Source of the DNA: Burkholderiales bacterium
GTDB taxonomy: Bacteria > Pseudomonadota > Gammaproteobacteria > Burkholderiales > SG8-39
Direction of reading: 5' to 3'
Assembly (NCBI GenBank): GCA_038206915.1
Contig: JBBRAI010000012.1
Coordinates: 1,121 to 65,120 of the forward strand
Length of the DNA: 64,000 bases
This document shows, piece after piece, positions 30,153-39,958 of the stretch. The translations under genes and the position numbers were made by a program. The first letter of the stretch is position 1, and every line of letters begins with the position of its first letter. The notes beneath the pieces were generated by a model, which worked only from the letters and a program-made list of their open reading frames with translations, was not told the DNA's origin and searched no databases.

Positions 30153-31358
30153 ATGAGCTTGCTTCGGATCTACTGTTCTTTGCGCAAGACGCCGCAGCGC
30201 TGCAGCTGGGCGCTGCTCGGCGCGGGCCGCAAACCCGTCCTCGGCGAGGGCACGCTTGCGCAACTGCCGCAGCGCGCGGCGCGCGTGCAGCTTGTGCTTC
30301 CCGCCGCGGAGGTGCTGATTACCCGCGCGCGTCTGCCGCAAGCGGCGCGCCGCCGCGCCGGCACCGTGCTCACCTACGCGGTAGAGGAGGATATCGTCGG
30401 CGACCCCGATGCCAACCAGGTGAGCTGGCTCGGCGCGGTCGGCGACGCCGACGTGCTCGCCGTGGCCGACCGCGAGGGGCTCAAGGCCTGGCAGGACGCG
30501 CTCGATGCCGCCGGCATTCGCGGCTACGAGGTGCACTGCGAAATCCTGATGCTGCCCTGGATCCCCGGCGAGTGGAGCCTCGCGTGGGATGGGCGCGAGG
30601 GCTTCTTGCGCGTCTCCGAACTCGAAGGTACCGCAACCGATCGCGGCGATCCGACCACGCCGCCGCTGTCGCTGCGCATGATGCTTGACGAAGCAAAGTC
30701 GCGCGGCGAGGCGCCGGCTTCAGTCGCGGTATATCCCTGCACGGCAGAATCGCCGCTGGAAATCGACGCCTGGCAGCGCGCGCTCGGCGTAGCGCTGCGC
30801 CGTGCCGAACCCTGGGACTGGCGCGCCGCCCCGGACGAGGCCGGCATCAGCCTGGCGCAGCAGCGGCCGGGTTGGCGCCTGCCCCCGGGCACGCTCGCGC
30901 GCCTGCGACCGGCGGCCTGGATCGCAGTTGCCGCGCTCAGCGTGCACGCCCTGGCCCTGGTGGTCGACTGGGCACGACTGGCGAGCGAGCAGCGCGGCCT
31001 GCGCACGCGCATGGAAGCGCGTTTTCGCGCGGCGTTTCCGGAAGCGGTCGCGGTGGCGGACCCGGCGCTGCAGATGCGGCGCAAACTCGTCGATGCGCGT
31101 CATGCGGCGGGTCAGTCCGATAGCAGCGACTTTCTGCCGATGCTGACGAACGTGGCAAACGCGCTGAAACAATTGCCGCCCGGCGGATTGCGCGTTGCCT
31201 CGTACGAAAGCGGACGCATGACGCTGGAACTCGCCGGCGTCGAGGAAGCCGGCCTGCGCCGCATCGTCGCGGGCCTGGAGCAGGCCGGTCTGCACGTCGA
31301 CAAAGGCGCTACGGCACGCGGCGCCGCCGCCACCGTCATCACGGTGCGCGCATCATGA
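30153..31358 (+). CDS. gspL: Type II secretion protein L
   Basis: Actin-like cytoplasmic part (LVLPAAEV..LP, YAVEE), a single TM and a periplasmic DP..QM motif; operon position. Confidence 0.85.
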   Translation: MSLLRIYCSLRKTPQRCSWALLGAGRKPVLGEGTLAQLPQRAARVQLVLPAAEVLITRARLPQAARRRAGTVLTYAVEEDIVGDPDANQVSWLGAVGDADVLAVADREGLKAWQDALDAAGIRGYEVHCEILMLPWIPGEWSLAWDGREGFLRVSELEGTATDRGDPTTPPLSLRMMLDEAKSRGEAPASVAVYPCTAESPLEIDAWQRALGVALRRAEPWDWRAAPDEAGISLAQQRPGWRLPPGTLARLRPAAWIAVAALSVHALALVVDWARLASEQRGLRTRMEARFRAAFPEAVAVADPALQMRRKLVDARHAAGQSDSSDFLPMLTNVANALKQLPPGGLRVASYESGRMTLELAGVEEAGLRRIVAGLEQAGLHVDKGATARGAAATVITVRAS

Positions 31359-31846
31359 AAGCGACGCTGCGCAAACTGTGGGAATCGCGCTCGCCGCGCG
31401 ATCGGATCGTCATTGCCGCGATCGCGGCGCTGGTGGGTGCGCTGCTCTACGTGTTGCTGGTTCAGTCGGCATATCGCGCGCGCGCGCAGCTCGGGTCGTC
31501 GGTGTCGACGCTACGTATGCAGGCGCAGCGTCTGGACGCCGATGCGAACGAACTCGCGCGCGCGCGCGCCGCGCCCGCCGCCCCTGCGCCGCAGTCCGAC
31601 CTGCGCACGCAGGTGCAGGCGCAGGCCGGCGCCGCCGGAATTGCGCACGCGATGCTGCGCATCGACGCGCAGAATGCGGATCAGGTGCAGGTGGTGTTCG
31701 GCTCGATCGCGTTCGCCGACTGGCTCGCCTGGGTAGCCGCCATGCAGGCACAGCACATCCGCCTCGACACCGGCCGCGTCGAGGCGCTGAGCACGCCGGG
31801 TCTGGTGAGCGTGACCGCCACCTTCACCCGGCCCAGGCCGCAGTGA
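31355..31846 (+). CDS. gspM: Type II secretion protein M
   Basis: W..RSPRDR followed by a TM; FADWLAW, PGLV; operon position. Confidence 0.85.
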   Translation: MKATLRKLWESRSPRDRIVIAAIAALVGALLYVLLVQSAYRARAQLGSSVSTLRMQAQRLDADANELARARAAPAAPAPQSDLRTQVQAQAGAAGIAHAMLRIDAQNADQVQVVFGSIAFADWLAWVAAMQAQHIRLDTGRVEALSTPGLVSVTATFTRPRPQ

Positions 31847-32586
31847 GTCGCTGGCGGCTGCTCGGCCTCGGGCTCGCCGCCTACCTGATCGCGCTGCTGG
31901 CAAGCGCGCCGGCAAGCCTGATCGATGCGCGCCTGGACCGGGCGAGCGCCGGCGGGCTGCGCCTGGTCCAGGCCAGCGGCACGCTTTGGTCCGGGACCGG
32001 ACAGATCGAAATCCGCGACGCGAACCGGCGCAGCGCGATTGCAAAACACATCGCCTGGCAAGTTCGGCCAGCTTACCTGCTGCGCGGAAAGCTCGTATAC
32101 GAAATTGTGCTGGACAACTCGGCGAAGCGGTTTCCCATCGCGATTTCGCCGTCGCAAATCGAAATCGAGGACGCCGACATGAATCTTCCGGCGGCGGCGC
32201 TGGGTTTGGGGATACCCAAGCTGGCGGCGCTAGGCCTGACCGGCGACATGCTGCTGCACGTCCCGCGGCTGGCCTTCTCGCGCGGCAGCGTTAGCGGCAA
32301 CGCGACTCTGCAGTGGCGCGGCGCAGGTTCGGCGTTCACCCGGATTTCGCCTCTGGGCGATTATGAACTGCGGCTCGAGGGCGACGGCGCCGCGGTGCAG
32401 GCAACGCTGCGCACGCTGCAGGGCCCGCTGCAGCTCGACGGGCGCGGCGCCTGGACAGTCGGCCGCAACCCGGAGTTCCAGGGCAATGCGCGCGTCCCAC
32501 CGCAGCAGATGCAGCAGCTTGCGCCGCTCTTGCGCATGATCGCGGTAGATCGCGGCGAGGGCCGTTTCGCGCTGCAACTCAAGTAG
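31843..32586 (+). CDS. gspN: Type II secretion protein N
   Basis: GTG start overlapping the gspM stop; APAS, GTLWSG.G, PLGDY, GPL.L.G.G. Confidence 0.8.
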   Translation: MSRWRLLGLGLAAYLIALLASAPASLIDARLDRASAGGLRLVQASGTLWSGTGQIEIRDANRRSAIAKHIAWQVRPAYLLRGKLVYEIVLDNSAKRFPIAISPSQIEIEDADMNLPAAALGLGIPKLAALGLTGDMLLHVPRLAFSRGSVSGNATLQWRGAGSAFTRISPLGDYELRLEGDGAAVQATLRTLQGPLQLDGRGAWTVGRNPEFQGNARVPPQQMQQLAPLLRMIAVDRGEGRFALQLK

Positions 32587-32620
32587 CTCGCCGCGATGCG
32601 GCGCCGGACGATAGCGGGCG

Positions 32621-33367
32621 CTAGCGCACGCCGCGGCGGAAAATGTATCCCTTGTAGCTGAGTATCATGCCGTCAGCGCTGATCTGCTCCAGCGTCAGGC
32701 CCGGCGCCACGGCATCGCCTTCGTGCAGCAGACGGCCGTTGATGCCGACCAGGCGTTCGGCGGGCTTTGCCGAATAGGCATGCACCGAGATGGACATGGC
32801 CGGCAGCTCCTGCTGGATAGTCACCGGCAGGTCCGACATGTTGCTCACTATGGTTACCTGCGGCACTGCGCCTGCAGGACTGCCGCGCGGGGCCGCTTTC
32901 TGCACGGGCGCGGGCGCAGGTTTGCCGACTGCCTTGGCCACCGGCGCATGCCGCGCGCTGTGCGCTTCCGCGGCGGCCGGGGGCGACGCTGCGCGCGCTG
33001 GCCGGGCCGCGCTTTCCGCGGCGGGCGCGGGCGCGGCCCGGGCCGCGGGTTCCGCGCTCGGCGCTTGTGCCAGCGCTGGTGCCGGTGCTTGCGGCACCGC
33101 GGCCGGCGGCGGCAGAACTTCCGCCTGCCGGGACGGCTCGGGCGGCTTCATCGCGGCTGCGACCGGAACCGGGCTCGCCTCCTGCCAGGGGCGCAGCCAG
33201 CCGATCGCGATTCCCGCGCCGAGCAAGACCAGCGCGAGCGCGCCAAAAGCGAGCAGCGGCGCCCGTTTCGGCTCCTCCGCGGCTGCCAGGCCCGGCAGCA
33301 AAGTCGGTGCGGAGTTGCGCCGGCGCAGCTGATCGGATTTACGCAAGGCGTCGAGGATATACGACAT
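32621..33367 (-). CDS. gspB: GspB/ExeB-family protein
   Basis: MSYILDALRKS, a TM, a Pro/Ala linker, then H.YS..P..R...ING..L.EGD. Confidence 0.85.
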   Translation of the reverse strand: MSYILDALRKSDQLRRRNSAPTLLPGLAAAEEPKRAPLLAFGALALVLLGAGIAIGWLRPWQEASPVPVAAAMKPPEPSRQAEVLPPPAAVPQAPAPALAQAPSAEPAARAAPAPAAESAARPARAASPPAAAEAHSARHAPVAKAVGKPAPAPVQKAAPRGSPAGAVPQVTIVSNMSDLPVTIQQELPAMSISVHAYSAKPAERLVGINGRLLHEGDAVAPGLTLEQISADGMILSYKGYIFRRGVR

Positions 33368-33369
33368 GC

Positions 33370-34977
33370 CTATTTCTCCCCCGGCTTGCGCGCCAGCCGC
33401 GGCGCCGTCTTGTCGGCCACCCCGGTCAGGCGCAGCAACGTGCGGGTTCCGACGAGGCCGTCGGGTATCAGCCCCTGTTCCAGCTGAAATTTCTTCACCC
33501 GGCGCAGCAGCGCCTGATCGAACAGCGCGTCCTCGCCATCCTCCGGCGTGCGGCCCTGCGCCAGCGCGAGTGACCGGCTCAGCCAGGCCACCGCCGGTCC
33601 GCGCTCGCCCAGGCGGATGCTTTCGCGCGCCTGCTGCGGCATGCGCCAGAGCAAGGTGTACTGACCTGCCCATTGCGCCGCCAGCGCGCTTATGTCGACC
33701 GTATGCGTCTTCCCGCCGACGACGAAGCTCGCGCGGTTGCCGTTCAATCCGCTGAGCAGCGCGCTGAACTCCCGGTCCTGCGCATCGCGCAGTTCGAGCA
33801 CCGCGGGACGGTTCAATTCGCGCAGATCATCCAGTCCGCCGCGCGCGCTGCGGCAGCGCAGGTCCAGCGTTTGCGCCTGTTTGCACAGGTCGCCGCCCTG
33901 ATAGTCGGCGCCCCAGGCGCGCAGCAATGCCGCATAGGCGAGCGTTCTGCTGTCGGCCAGCGGCTGGTCCGCCGGCCACTCGAGCGCATCGGCCAGCGCG
34001 ACTGCGGGTTTGGCCGCCTTGGCCGGTGCCGCGGCCACGCTCGCGGCGGGAGGCGACGACACCGGGCCCGCGTCGGCGAGTTCGACCTGATACCAGCGCA
34101 GCGCGAACACGCCGCACAACACGACGCCCAGCGCCACGAGCAGCGGCCGCACCAGGCTGCGCCGCGGTACGCGGTGGAACACCTCGCGCGCCGCCTGCGC
34201 CAGCGTCGCGCGATCGACCCGCTCCTTGCCCTGCACGAAAGTGCCCAGCAGCGCGCGATCGCACAGCACGTTGATGACCCGCGGCACGCCGCCGCTCAGG
34301 CGGTACAGGCGCCCCATCAAGGAGGCCGGGAACAGCGGGCGCTGTGCGCCCGATACTTCCAGCCGGTGGCGCACATAGGCCGCGACTTCGGCCTTGCTCA
34401 GCGGCCCGAGGTGATAGCGCGCGACGATGCGCTGGCTCAGCTGGCGCAGCTCCGGCCGCTCCAGCATGTGCGCAAGCTCGGGCTGGCCGAGCAGGATGAT
34501 CTGCAGCAGCTTGCGTTCGTTGGTTTCCAGATTGGTGAGCAGGCGCATCTGCTCGAGCACCTCGGCCGAAAGATTCTGCGCCTCGTCGATGATCAGCACC
34601 GTGTGCCGGCCTTTGGCGTGGGCCTCGAGCAGGTAGGCGTTGATGCAATCGACGAACACCTTGATGCTGGCGTTGCCGGTCGGACAGGCAATGCCGAATT
34701 CGGCGCAGATGGTCGAGAGCAGTTCCTCCACCGTCAGCTTGGGATTGAAAATGTAGGCGACGTCGCAGGACTCCGGAATCTGCTGCAGCAGGCAGCGGCA
34801 TACCGTGGTCTTGCCCGCACCCACCTCCCCCGTGAGCAGCACGAAGCCGCCGTCGCCGCCAACGCCGTAGAGCAGATGCGCCAAGGCCTCCTGGTGGCGC
34901 TGGCTCAGGAACAGATAGCGCGGGTCGGGCGCGATGGAAAACGGCGCCTCGGCGAGGCCGAAATAGTGTTGGTACAT
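33370..34977 (-). CDS. gspA: ExeA/GspA ATPase with a C-terminal peptidoglycan-binding domain
   Basis: YFGL..PFSIAPDP, GEVGAGKTT, IIDEAQNL, VKKFQ...GL.PDGLVG. Confidence 0.9.
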   Translation of the reverse strand: MYQHYFGLAEAPFSIAPDPRYLFLSQRHQEALAHLLYGVGGDGGFVLLTGEVGAGKTTVCRCLLQQIPESCDVAYIFNPKLTVEELLSTICAEFGIACPTGNASIKVFVDCINAYLLEAHAKGRHTVLIIDEAQNLSAEVLEQMRLLTNLETNERKLLQIILLGQPELAHMLERPELRQLSQRIVARYHLGPLSKAEVAAYVRHRLEVSGAQRPLFPASLMGRLYRLSGGVPRVINVLCDRALLGTFVQGKERVDRATLAQAAREVFHRVPRRSLVRPLLVALGVVLCGVFALRWYQVELADAGPVSSPPAASVAAAPAKAAKPAVALADALEWPADQPLADSRTLAYAALLRAWGADYQGGDLCKQAQTLDLRCRSARGGLDDLRELNRPAVLELRDAQDREFSALLSGLNGNRASFVVGGKTHTVDISALAAQWAGQYTLLWRMPQQARESIRLGERGPAVAWLSRSLALAQGRTPEDGEDALFDQALLRRVKKFQLEQGLIPDGLVGTRTLLRLTGVADKTAPRLARKPGEK

Positions 34978-35084
34978 GGAGACCGGCGTGCAAGACGGAT
35001 GCGCCCATTATAGCGGCGGGCACCGCGCGCAGCGCGTTTCGCGCCCGTGCCTGCGCCGGCGGCTGCGCAGCAGCGCGCAGCGCG

Positions 35085-36605
35085 TCAATCTTCGCCGGGG
35101 GCCTCGCGGATCATTTCACGGAACCTGACCAGTTCGTACTCGTCGCCGCTTTCGAGCACGCCTTGCGGCATGAGCAGGCAGGTCGCGGCGCCTTTCTGGT
35201 ACTCCAGGTTCTGCCCCGGGACGAAGCCGCCGGGGCGCAGCAGCACGCGCGCCTCGCCGGGCGGCTCGCTGCCGTCGCTGACGAGTATGCCGGTTTCGCT
35301 GCCGCCGCCCAGTTTGAGCTGCAGCAGCTCCGCCGACTTCGCGACGGTCTCGATGCCGACCGAAGCGCGCAGCGGAAATTCGCGCTGCACGCGGCGGATC
35401 ACCCCGAGCACCCAGGTATCGCCGCCTTCGGGCTGCAAGCCAAGCAGGGAGCCGATCTTCAGCCATTCGCCCCTGATTTCCGGGATGCCCGCGCCGAAGC
35501 CGCCGGCGCTGACGTTCTCGACGATCCAGGTTTCGGTGTCGTCGTCGTCGCCGGGCCCGGCGCCAAATATGCTGAGTACGCCGTCGAAACCATGCACGAC
35601 GTTGAGCCGCGATTTCACCTGGTGCCGCTGGTGCTTGCGCTCCGGCGGATTTGGCGACCAGTAAAGCGCCAGATGGCCGAGCACGTCCAGCACTGCTTCG
35701 GGCGGATAAGTGCCGCCCAGATTGACCTGCGTCGGAACGCCGCCCGTGTTCTTGATCCTGCCGATAAGCGCCTCCAGTTCTTCCAGCGCCCTGCCTGCGG
35801 CAAAGTAACGCAGCGTCGGCGCAGGCTGCGGCGGCCGCGCGAGGCGCTGTGGCGCCTGGCCGGCTGCAAGATCAATCCAGTAGGCGACGTCGGGCTGCAG
35901 TTCCAGGCGCAGCGTGAACACGGTGCAGAAGTGGGCGATCAGTCGCTCGCACAGCTCGATCTCCAGCGGCAGCAGGCTGTCGGGCGAGGACACCGCAAGC
36001 ATCGCGACCTTGAGAAATTCCTGCTCCGGCGTGGTTTCGCCGGGAATGCCGGGATAAAGCGACACCGGCGACTGCGCCAATTTGCGCGCGTCGGCGACCG
36101 CGTAGACCCGGGCGATGCTGCCCCACGCCGTCGCGTCCATCGGCCCGTAACGTACATACATCCATTTCACCTGGGCCGCGAGCGCGCGCAGCGCGCGCGC
36201 CAGCAGCAGCGGCATGCCGGACTTGAGCGCTTCTGCGCCTTTGGCGCCGCCTGCATACGAATCGACGCAGCCGGTATAGGCGAGCGCCGCTTCGCGCCAG
36301 TATTCGCTCAGCGCCTTCCACAGGCGTGCTTCCTGAAGCTTCGCCAGACGCGGCGAGGCCATATAGTCGCGCGTCAGTTTGCGCAGGTGAGTCTGGGCGG
36401 CCTCGTCCAGCAGCTGCACCAGCTGAGCGCGGTATTCAGGCTTGAAGCCTTGCTCCGCCATCACCGACTGCAGCCAGTGGGTCAGCTCGTCTACGCATTT
36501 GTAGGCATCGCCGCCCGGCAACTCCTCGAGCAGCTTCCTCGCCTCCTTGATCTCGGCCATGGGATGGTCCGGCTTCTTGCTTCCGAACAGGCTGATCATG
36601 CGCAT
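35085..36605 (-). CDS. Conserved hypothetical protein with PilZ-type c-di-GMP motifs (FimW-like)
   Basis: Helical N-terminus; ERKHQR (RxxxR) followed by ENVSAGG (NxSxxG) and a beta-rich C-terminus. Confidence 0.6.
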   Translation of the reverse strand: MRMISLFGSKKPDHPMAEIKEARKLLEELPGGDAYKCVDELTHWLQSVMAEQGFKPEYRAQLVQLLDEAAQTHLRKLTRDYMASPRLAKLQEARLWKALSEYWREAALAYTGCVDSYAGGAKGAEALKSGMPLLLARALRALAAQVKWMYVRYGPMDATAWGSIARVYAVADARKLAQSPVSLYPGIPGETTPEQEFLKVAMLAVSSPDSLLPLEIELCERLIAHFCTVFTLRLELQPDVAYWIDLAAGQAPQRLARPPQPAPTLRYFAAGRALEELEALIGRIKNTGGVPTQVNLGGTYPPEAVLDVLGHLALYWSPNPPERKHQRHQVKSRLNVVHGFDGVLSIFGAGPGDDDDTETWIVENVSAGGFGAGIPEIRGEWLKIGSLLGLQPEGGDTWVLGVIRRVQREFPLRASVGIETVAKSAELLQLKLGGGSETGILVSDGSEPPGEARVLLRPGGFVPGQNLEYQKGAATCLLMPQGVLESGDEYELVRFREMIREAPGED

Positions 36606-36767
36606 CTCGCGGAAAGGTCGGGTCGCTTCATCTTGTAGCCAAAAGCAGTGGAAAAATCAATGCCCGCGACCGCGTTTGACATTGTTTTACAAGCGCGCAT
36701 CCCTGCCTTCGCCACTGCGCCGCGGAAACATCGTTTGCGAACGATGCGAAGCCGGCGCGTGCGCCGC

Positions 36768-37094
36768 CTAGTGCGATCGCCGCGGCAGCTGTGCGCGCGC
36801 GCGGCATAGCTCAGCTTCCAGCTCGTGTATGCGCTCGACCAGCGTCAGCGCAAGGGCCAGCGCCTGCGGCTCGAGTTCCAGGTCTTCGCGCAGGCGGCGC
36901 GCGGCGCGCACCGCGACGACCAGACCGGCGCCGAAGGTCCACTGTGCCGCGCGCGGGTTCACCGGCGCCAGCGCGCCATACTCCACGAGTTCGCGCAGTA
37001 CCTGTTCCGGCAGGCCGGACAGCTCCGCCAGCTCGGCCAGGGAAAATTCGCGCTCGGACTCGAGCCACACCGCCTCGACCGTGTCAGTTTGCAT
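36768..37094 (-). CDS. cbpM: Chaperone modulator CbpM (MerR-like)
   Basis: SLAELAE..G, ELVEYG, ARRLREDLEL; directly downstream of cbpA. Confidence 0.85.
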   Translation of the reverse strand: MQTDTVEAVWLESEREFSLAELAELSGLPEQVLRELVEYGALAPVNPRAAQWTFGAGLVVAVRAARRLREDLELEPQALALALTLVERIHELEAELCRARAQLPRRSH

Positions 37095-38031
37095 TTCCCG
37101 CCTCCTGCTTGAAATGGCCGCGCGGATCGAAGTTCGAAGCCTCCGCCATCTGCTTGAACAGCGCGCGCTCGCGTTCGTTCAGCACGGTGGGCACCACGAT
37201 CTGCACGATGGCGAAAAGGTCGCCCGCTCCCTCCTGCGGCTTGGGTAGTCCGCGCCCGCCGAGCCGCATCTTTTGCCCGGCATGCGTTCCCGGCGGCACT
37301 TTGAGATTGACCGCGCCGTCGAGCGTGGGCACCTCGACCACGGCGCCGAGCGCGGCTTCCCACGGCGTCAGTGGCAGATCGATGTAAAGATCGTGGCCGC
37401 TGACCCGGTAGAGCGAATGCGGATGCAGCGCGATATTCAAATACAGGTCGCCATCGCGCCCGCCATTTGCGCCCTTGCCGCCTTTGCCGCGCAGGCGCAG
37501 CCTTTGTCCGTCGGTGGCGCCCTTGGGAATGCGCGCCTTGAACGCGCGCTGCACCCGGTGTAGCCGGCCCTGCGCATCGTATTCGGGCATGGCGAGATTC
37601 AGATCCACCATGGTGCCGCGGCAGGCATCCTCGAGCGTGATGTGCGCCGTGACCTCGTAATCCTGTCCGGGCATGCGCATCGCGCCGCCCTGCCGGCGCG
37701 CACCGCCGCCTGCGAGGCCGGCGAACAGATCCGCCAGATCGATGTCGTCGAACGAAAACTCGGTTTCGCCGAACTGCTTGCCCCAGTCCGGCGGCGGCCG
37801 GAAATCCTCGCCCGGCCGGTGCTGCCCGAGCTGATCGTAGGCGGCGCGCTTTTCCGGGTCCTTGAGCGTCTGGTAGGCTTCCGCGATCTCTTTGAACTTC
37901 TCCTCGCCGGCCGGGTCCTTGGACACGTCCGGATGAAACTGGTGCGCGAGCTTGCGGTAGGCCTTCTTGACCGCTTCGACGTCCGCGCCGCGTTCGACGC
38001 CGAGGACCTGGTAGTAGTCCTTGTATTTCAT
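37084..38031 (-). CDS. cbpA: DnaJ-class curved DNA-binding protein
   Basis: MKYKDYY..LGV, HPD motif, no zinc finger, DnaJ C-terminal domain (PWEAALG). Confidence 0.9.
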   Translation of the reverse strand: MKYKDYYQVLGVERGADVEAVKKAYRKLAHQFHPDVSKDPAGEEKFKEIAEAYQTLKDPEKRAAYDQLGQHRPGEDFRPPPDWGKQFGETEFSFDDIDLADLFAGLAGGGARRQGGAMRMPGQDYEVTAHITLEDACRGTMVDLNLAMPEYDAQGRLHRVQRAFKARIPKGATDGQRLRLRGKGGKGANGGRDGDLYLNIALHPHSLYRVSGHDLYIDLPLTPWEAALGAVVEVPTLDGAVNLKVPPGTHAGQKMRLGGRGLPKPQEGAGDLFAIVQIVVPTVLNERERALFKQMAEASNFDPRGHFKQEAGNAN

Positions 38032-38954
38032 TGCCTGGTCTCCAAGTGCGTCCTCCCTGTCATCGCGATCGCACCTGGATCTTCGTGCGCCTCTTGCGGT
38101 TCGACGTGTATGGTCACCGACGCCCGCGCGAGCTGGCTCGCGATCGACTCCTCGAGCCGGTCGCACAAGGCGTGTGAGTCTCTCACGCTGGTTTCCCCCG
38201 GCAACAGCAGATGGAAGTCGATGAAGCGCGTCGCACCCGCCTTGCGCGTGCGCAGCGCGTGGAAACTCGCCTGCGCCGGAAGCACCGCCCGGATAAGCGC
38301 TTCTGTCGCCGCGATCTCCTGCGGCGACAGGGCGACGTCCATCAGGCCGTCGATCGAACGGCGCACCAGATCGATGCCGGTGACGACAATGTGCAAACCG
38401 ACCGCGATCGCGATCAGCGGGTCGAGTATGTTCCAGCCCGGAAGGAACGCGATGACCAGCAGCCCGCCGAGCACGCCGGCCGAGGTCCATACGTCAGTGA
38501 GCAGATGCCTGGCGTCGGCTTCGATGGTTACGCTGTCGTGCTTGGCGGCGACATCTAGCATCAGGCGCGCAGTGGTGAAATTCATCGCCGCGGCAAGCAG
38601 ACCCACAACTATGCCCCAGCCTAGGTTCTCCAGCGGTGCCGGGTGCATGAAGCGGTTCCATCCGGTATAGATGATGGATGCCGCCGCAAACAGTATCAGG
38701 GTGCCTTCGACGCCGATGGAGAAATACTCCGCCTTGTCGTGCCCGTAGCTGTGGCGATCGTCGGCCGGCTGCTCGGCAATGGTGAGCGCGGTCAGCGCGA
38801 TCAGCCCCGCGGCGAGATTGACCAGCGCCTCCAGAGCGTCGGACAGGAGGCTCACCGAATCGGTGAGGAAATAGGCGCCGAACTTCAGGGCAAGCGTCGC
38901 GATCGACGTGGCGATCGAAAGAAAAGCCATTCTTTTTGCAGCTTTCATCGCCAT
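38028..38954 (-). CDS. Cation diffusion facilitator (FieF-like)
   Basis: SDALE, H.YGH.KAEY, HLLTDV, C-terminal HVEP. Confidence 0.88.
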   Translation of the reverse strand: MAMKAAKRMAFLSIATSIATLALKFGAYFLTDSVSLLSDALEALVNLAAGLIALTALTIAEQPADDRHSYGHDKAEYFSIGVEGTLILFAAASIIYTGWNRFMHPAPLENLGWGIVVGLLAAAMNFTTARLMLDVAAKHDSVTIEADARHLLTDVWTSAGVLGGLLVIAFLPGWNILDPLIAIAVGLHIVVTGIDLVRRSIDGLMDVALSPQEIAATEALIRAVLPAQASFHALRTRKAGATRFIDFHLLLPGETSVRDSHALCDRLEESIASQLARASVTIHVEPQEAHEDPGAIAMTGRTHLETRQ

Positions 38955-39150
38955 GTCACTTGTCGTGAATCGTCACCCGGCTGATCCGAAGCAGGCCTTC
39001 GTGCGCGCCCCGCGCGAAGGCGTTCGCAATCATTATGCCACCGCGGCAGCGCCGGCACGCTCTGCGATAAGTTCGGGCCAGCGGTGGTAAGTCAGTCGCT
39101 TCACCTGGCACAACTGGCCCGGGCCGGCCTGATCCGCGGGCGCCAGGACG

Positions 39151-39384
39151 GCCTACCGGCTCAACCGCGCCGACGGTGGGAAGCACAACATCGACTGCCC
39201 CTCGGCGTTGATCGGAGCGTCGAATTTCTTTTAGATGGCCGTCGCCGCGGTCGTCAGCCTGTTCGGCTTTGAATCCGGCGCGGCGCTCGCAACGGTGGTC
39301 GGCGTGCCGATCGAGATACCTGCGATGCTCACGGTAGTCAGGCCGGTCGATTCCACGCGCGGCTGGTACGAGCGCGGCATCTGA
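39151..39384 (+). pseudogene. acr3: 3'-terminal relic of an Acr3 arsenite efflux gene
   Basis: Translates to [66 protein letters not shown] (39232-39234) replaces the Glu of the NFFE motif, and no 5' part is present. Confidence 0.8.
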
Positions 39385-39399
39385 TCCGGTCGGACGAGT

Positions 39400-39927
39400 C
39401 TAGTCGCCTTCGAACTCGCACAAGGTGAACACCTTGTGCTTGAGCTTTTCCAGGCGCTTGCGCCCGCCCAGGTCGGGCAGGTCGATCACAGCGCACACTT
39501 CCACCACCGTGCCGCCCACCTTTTCGATCAGCTTGATCGCCGCCTCCGCGGTGCCGCCGGTGGCGATCAGGTCGTCCACCAGCAGCACGCGCTCGCCCCT
39601 GGCAATTGCGTCTAGGTGAAGCTCGACGCGGTCCACGCCGTATTCGAGCTCGTAGTCGTGGCCGACAGTCTCGGCCGGCAGCTTGCCCTTCTTGCGTACC
39701 GGCACGAAGCCGACGCCGAGCTGGAACGCCAGCGCCGCACCGATGATGAAGCCGCGCGATTCGATGCCGGCGATCTTGTCTATCTTCGCCCCGGTGTAGC
39801 GGTGCACGAACTCGTTGATGGTGATGCGAAAGCCGACGGCGTCCTTGAGCAGGGTCGTGATGTCGCGGAACATCACCCCCTGCTTGGGATAGTGCGGCAC
39901 GGTGCGGATGAGCGATTTGATCGGCAT
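39400..39927 (-). CDS. apt: Adenine phosphoribosyltransferase
   Basis: [36 protein letters not shown]. Confidence 0.95.
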   Translation of the reverse strand: MPIKSLIRTVPHYPKQGVMFRDITTLLKDAVGFRITINEFVHRYTGAKIDKIAGIESRGFIIGAALAFQLGVGFVPVRKKGKLPAETVGHDYELEYGVDRVELHLDAIARGERVLLVDDLIATGGTAEAAIKLIEKVGGTVVEVCAVIDLPDLGGRKRLEKLKHKVFTLCEFEGD

Positions 39928-39958
39928 GGCTGGCGGTCCCTGATTGTCGTTGCCTGGG

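Noticed and set aside
29892..30536. ORFs crossing the gspK-gspL spacer (29892-30536 minus, 29822-30025 plus)
   Set aside because: They overlap gspL or gspK and run through the palindromic element; no transposase or other protein motifs.
32880..33180. Ala/Pro-rich low-complexity stretch in gspB
   Set aside because: An ordinary periplasmic linker for this family, not a DNA repeat element.
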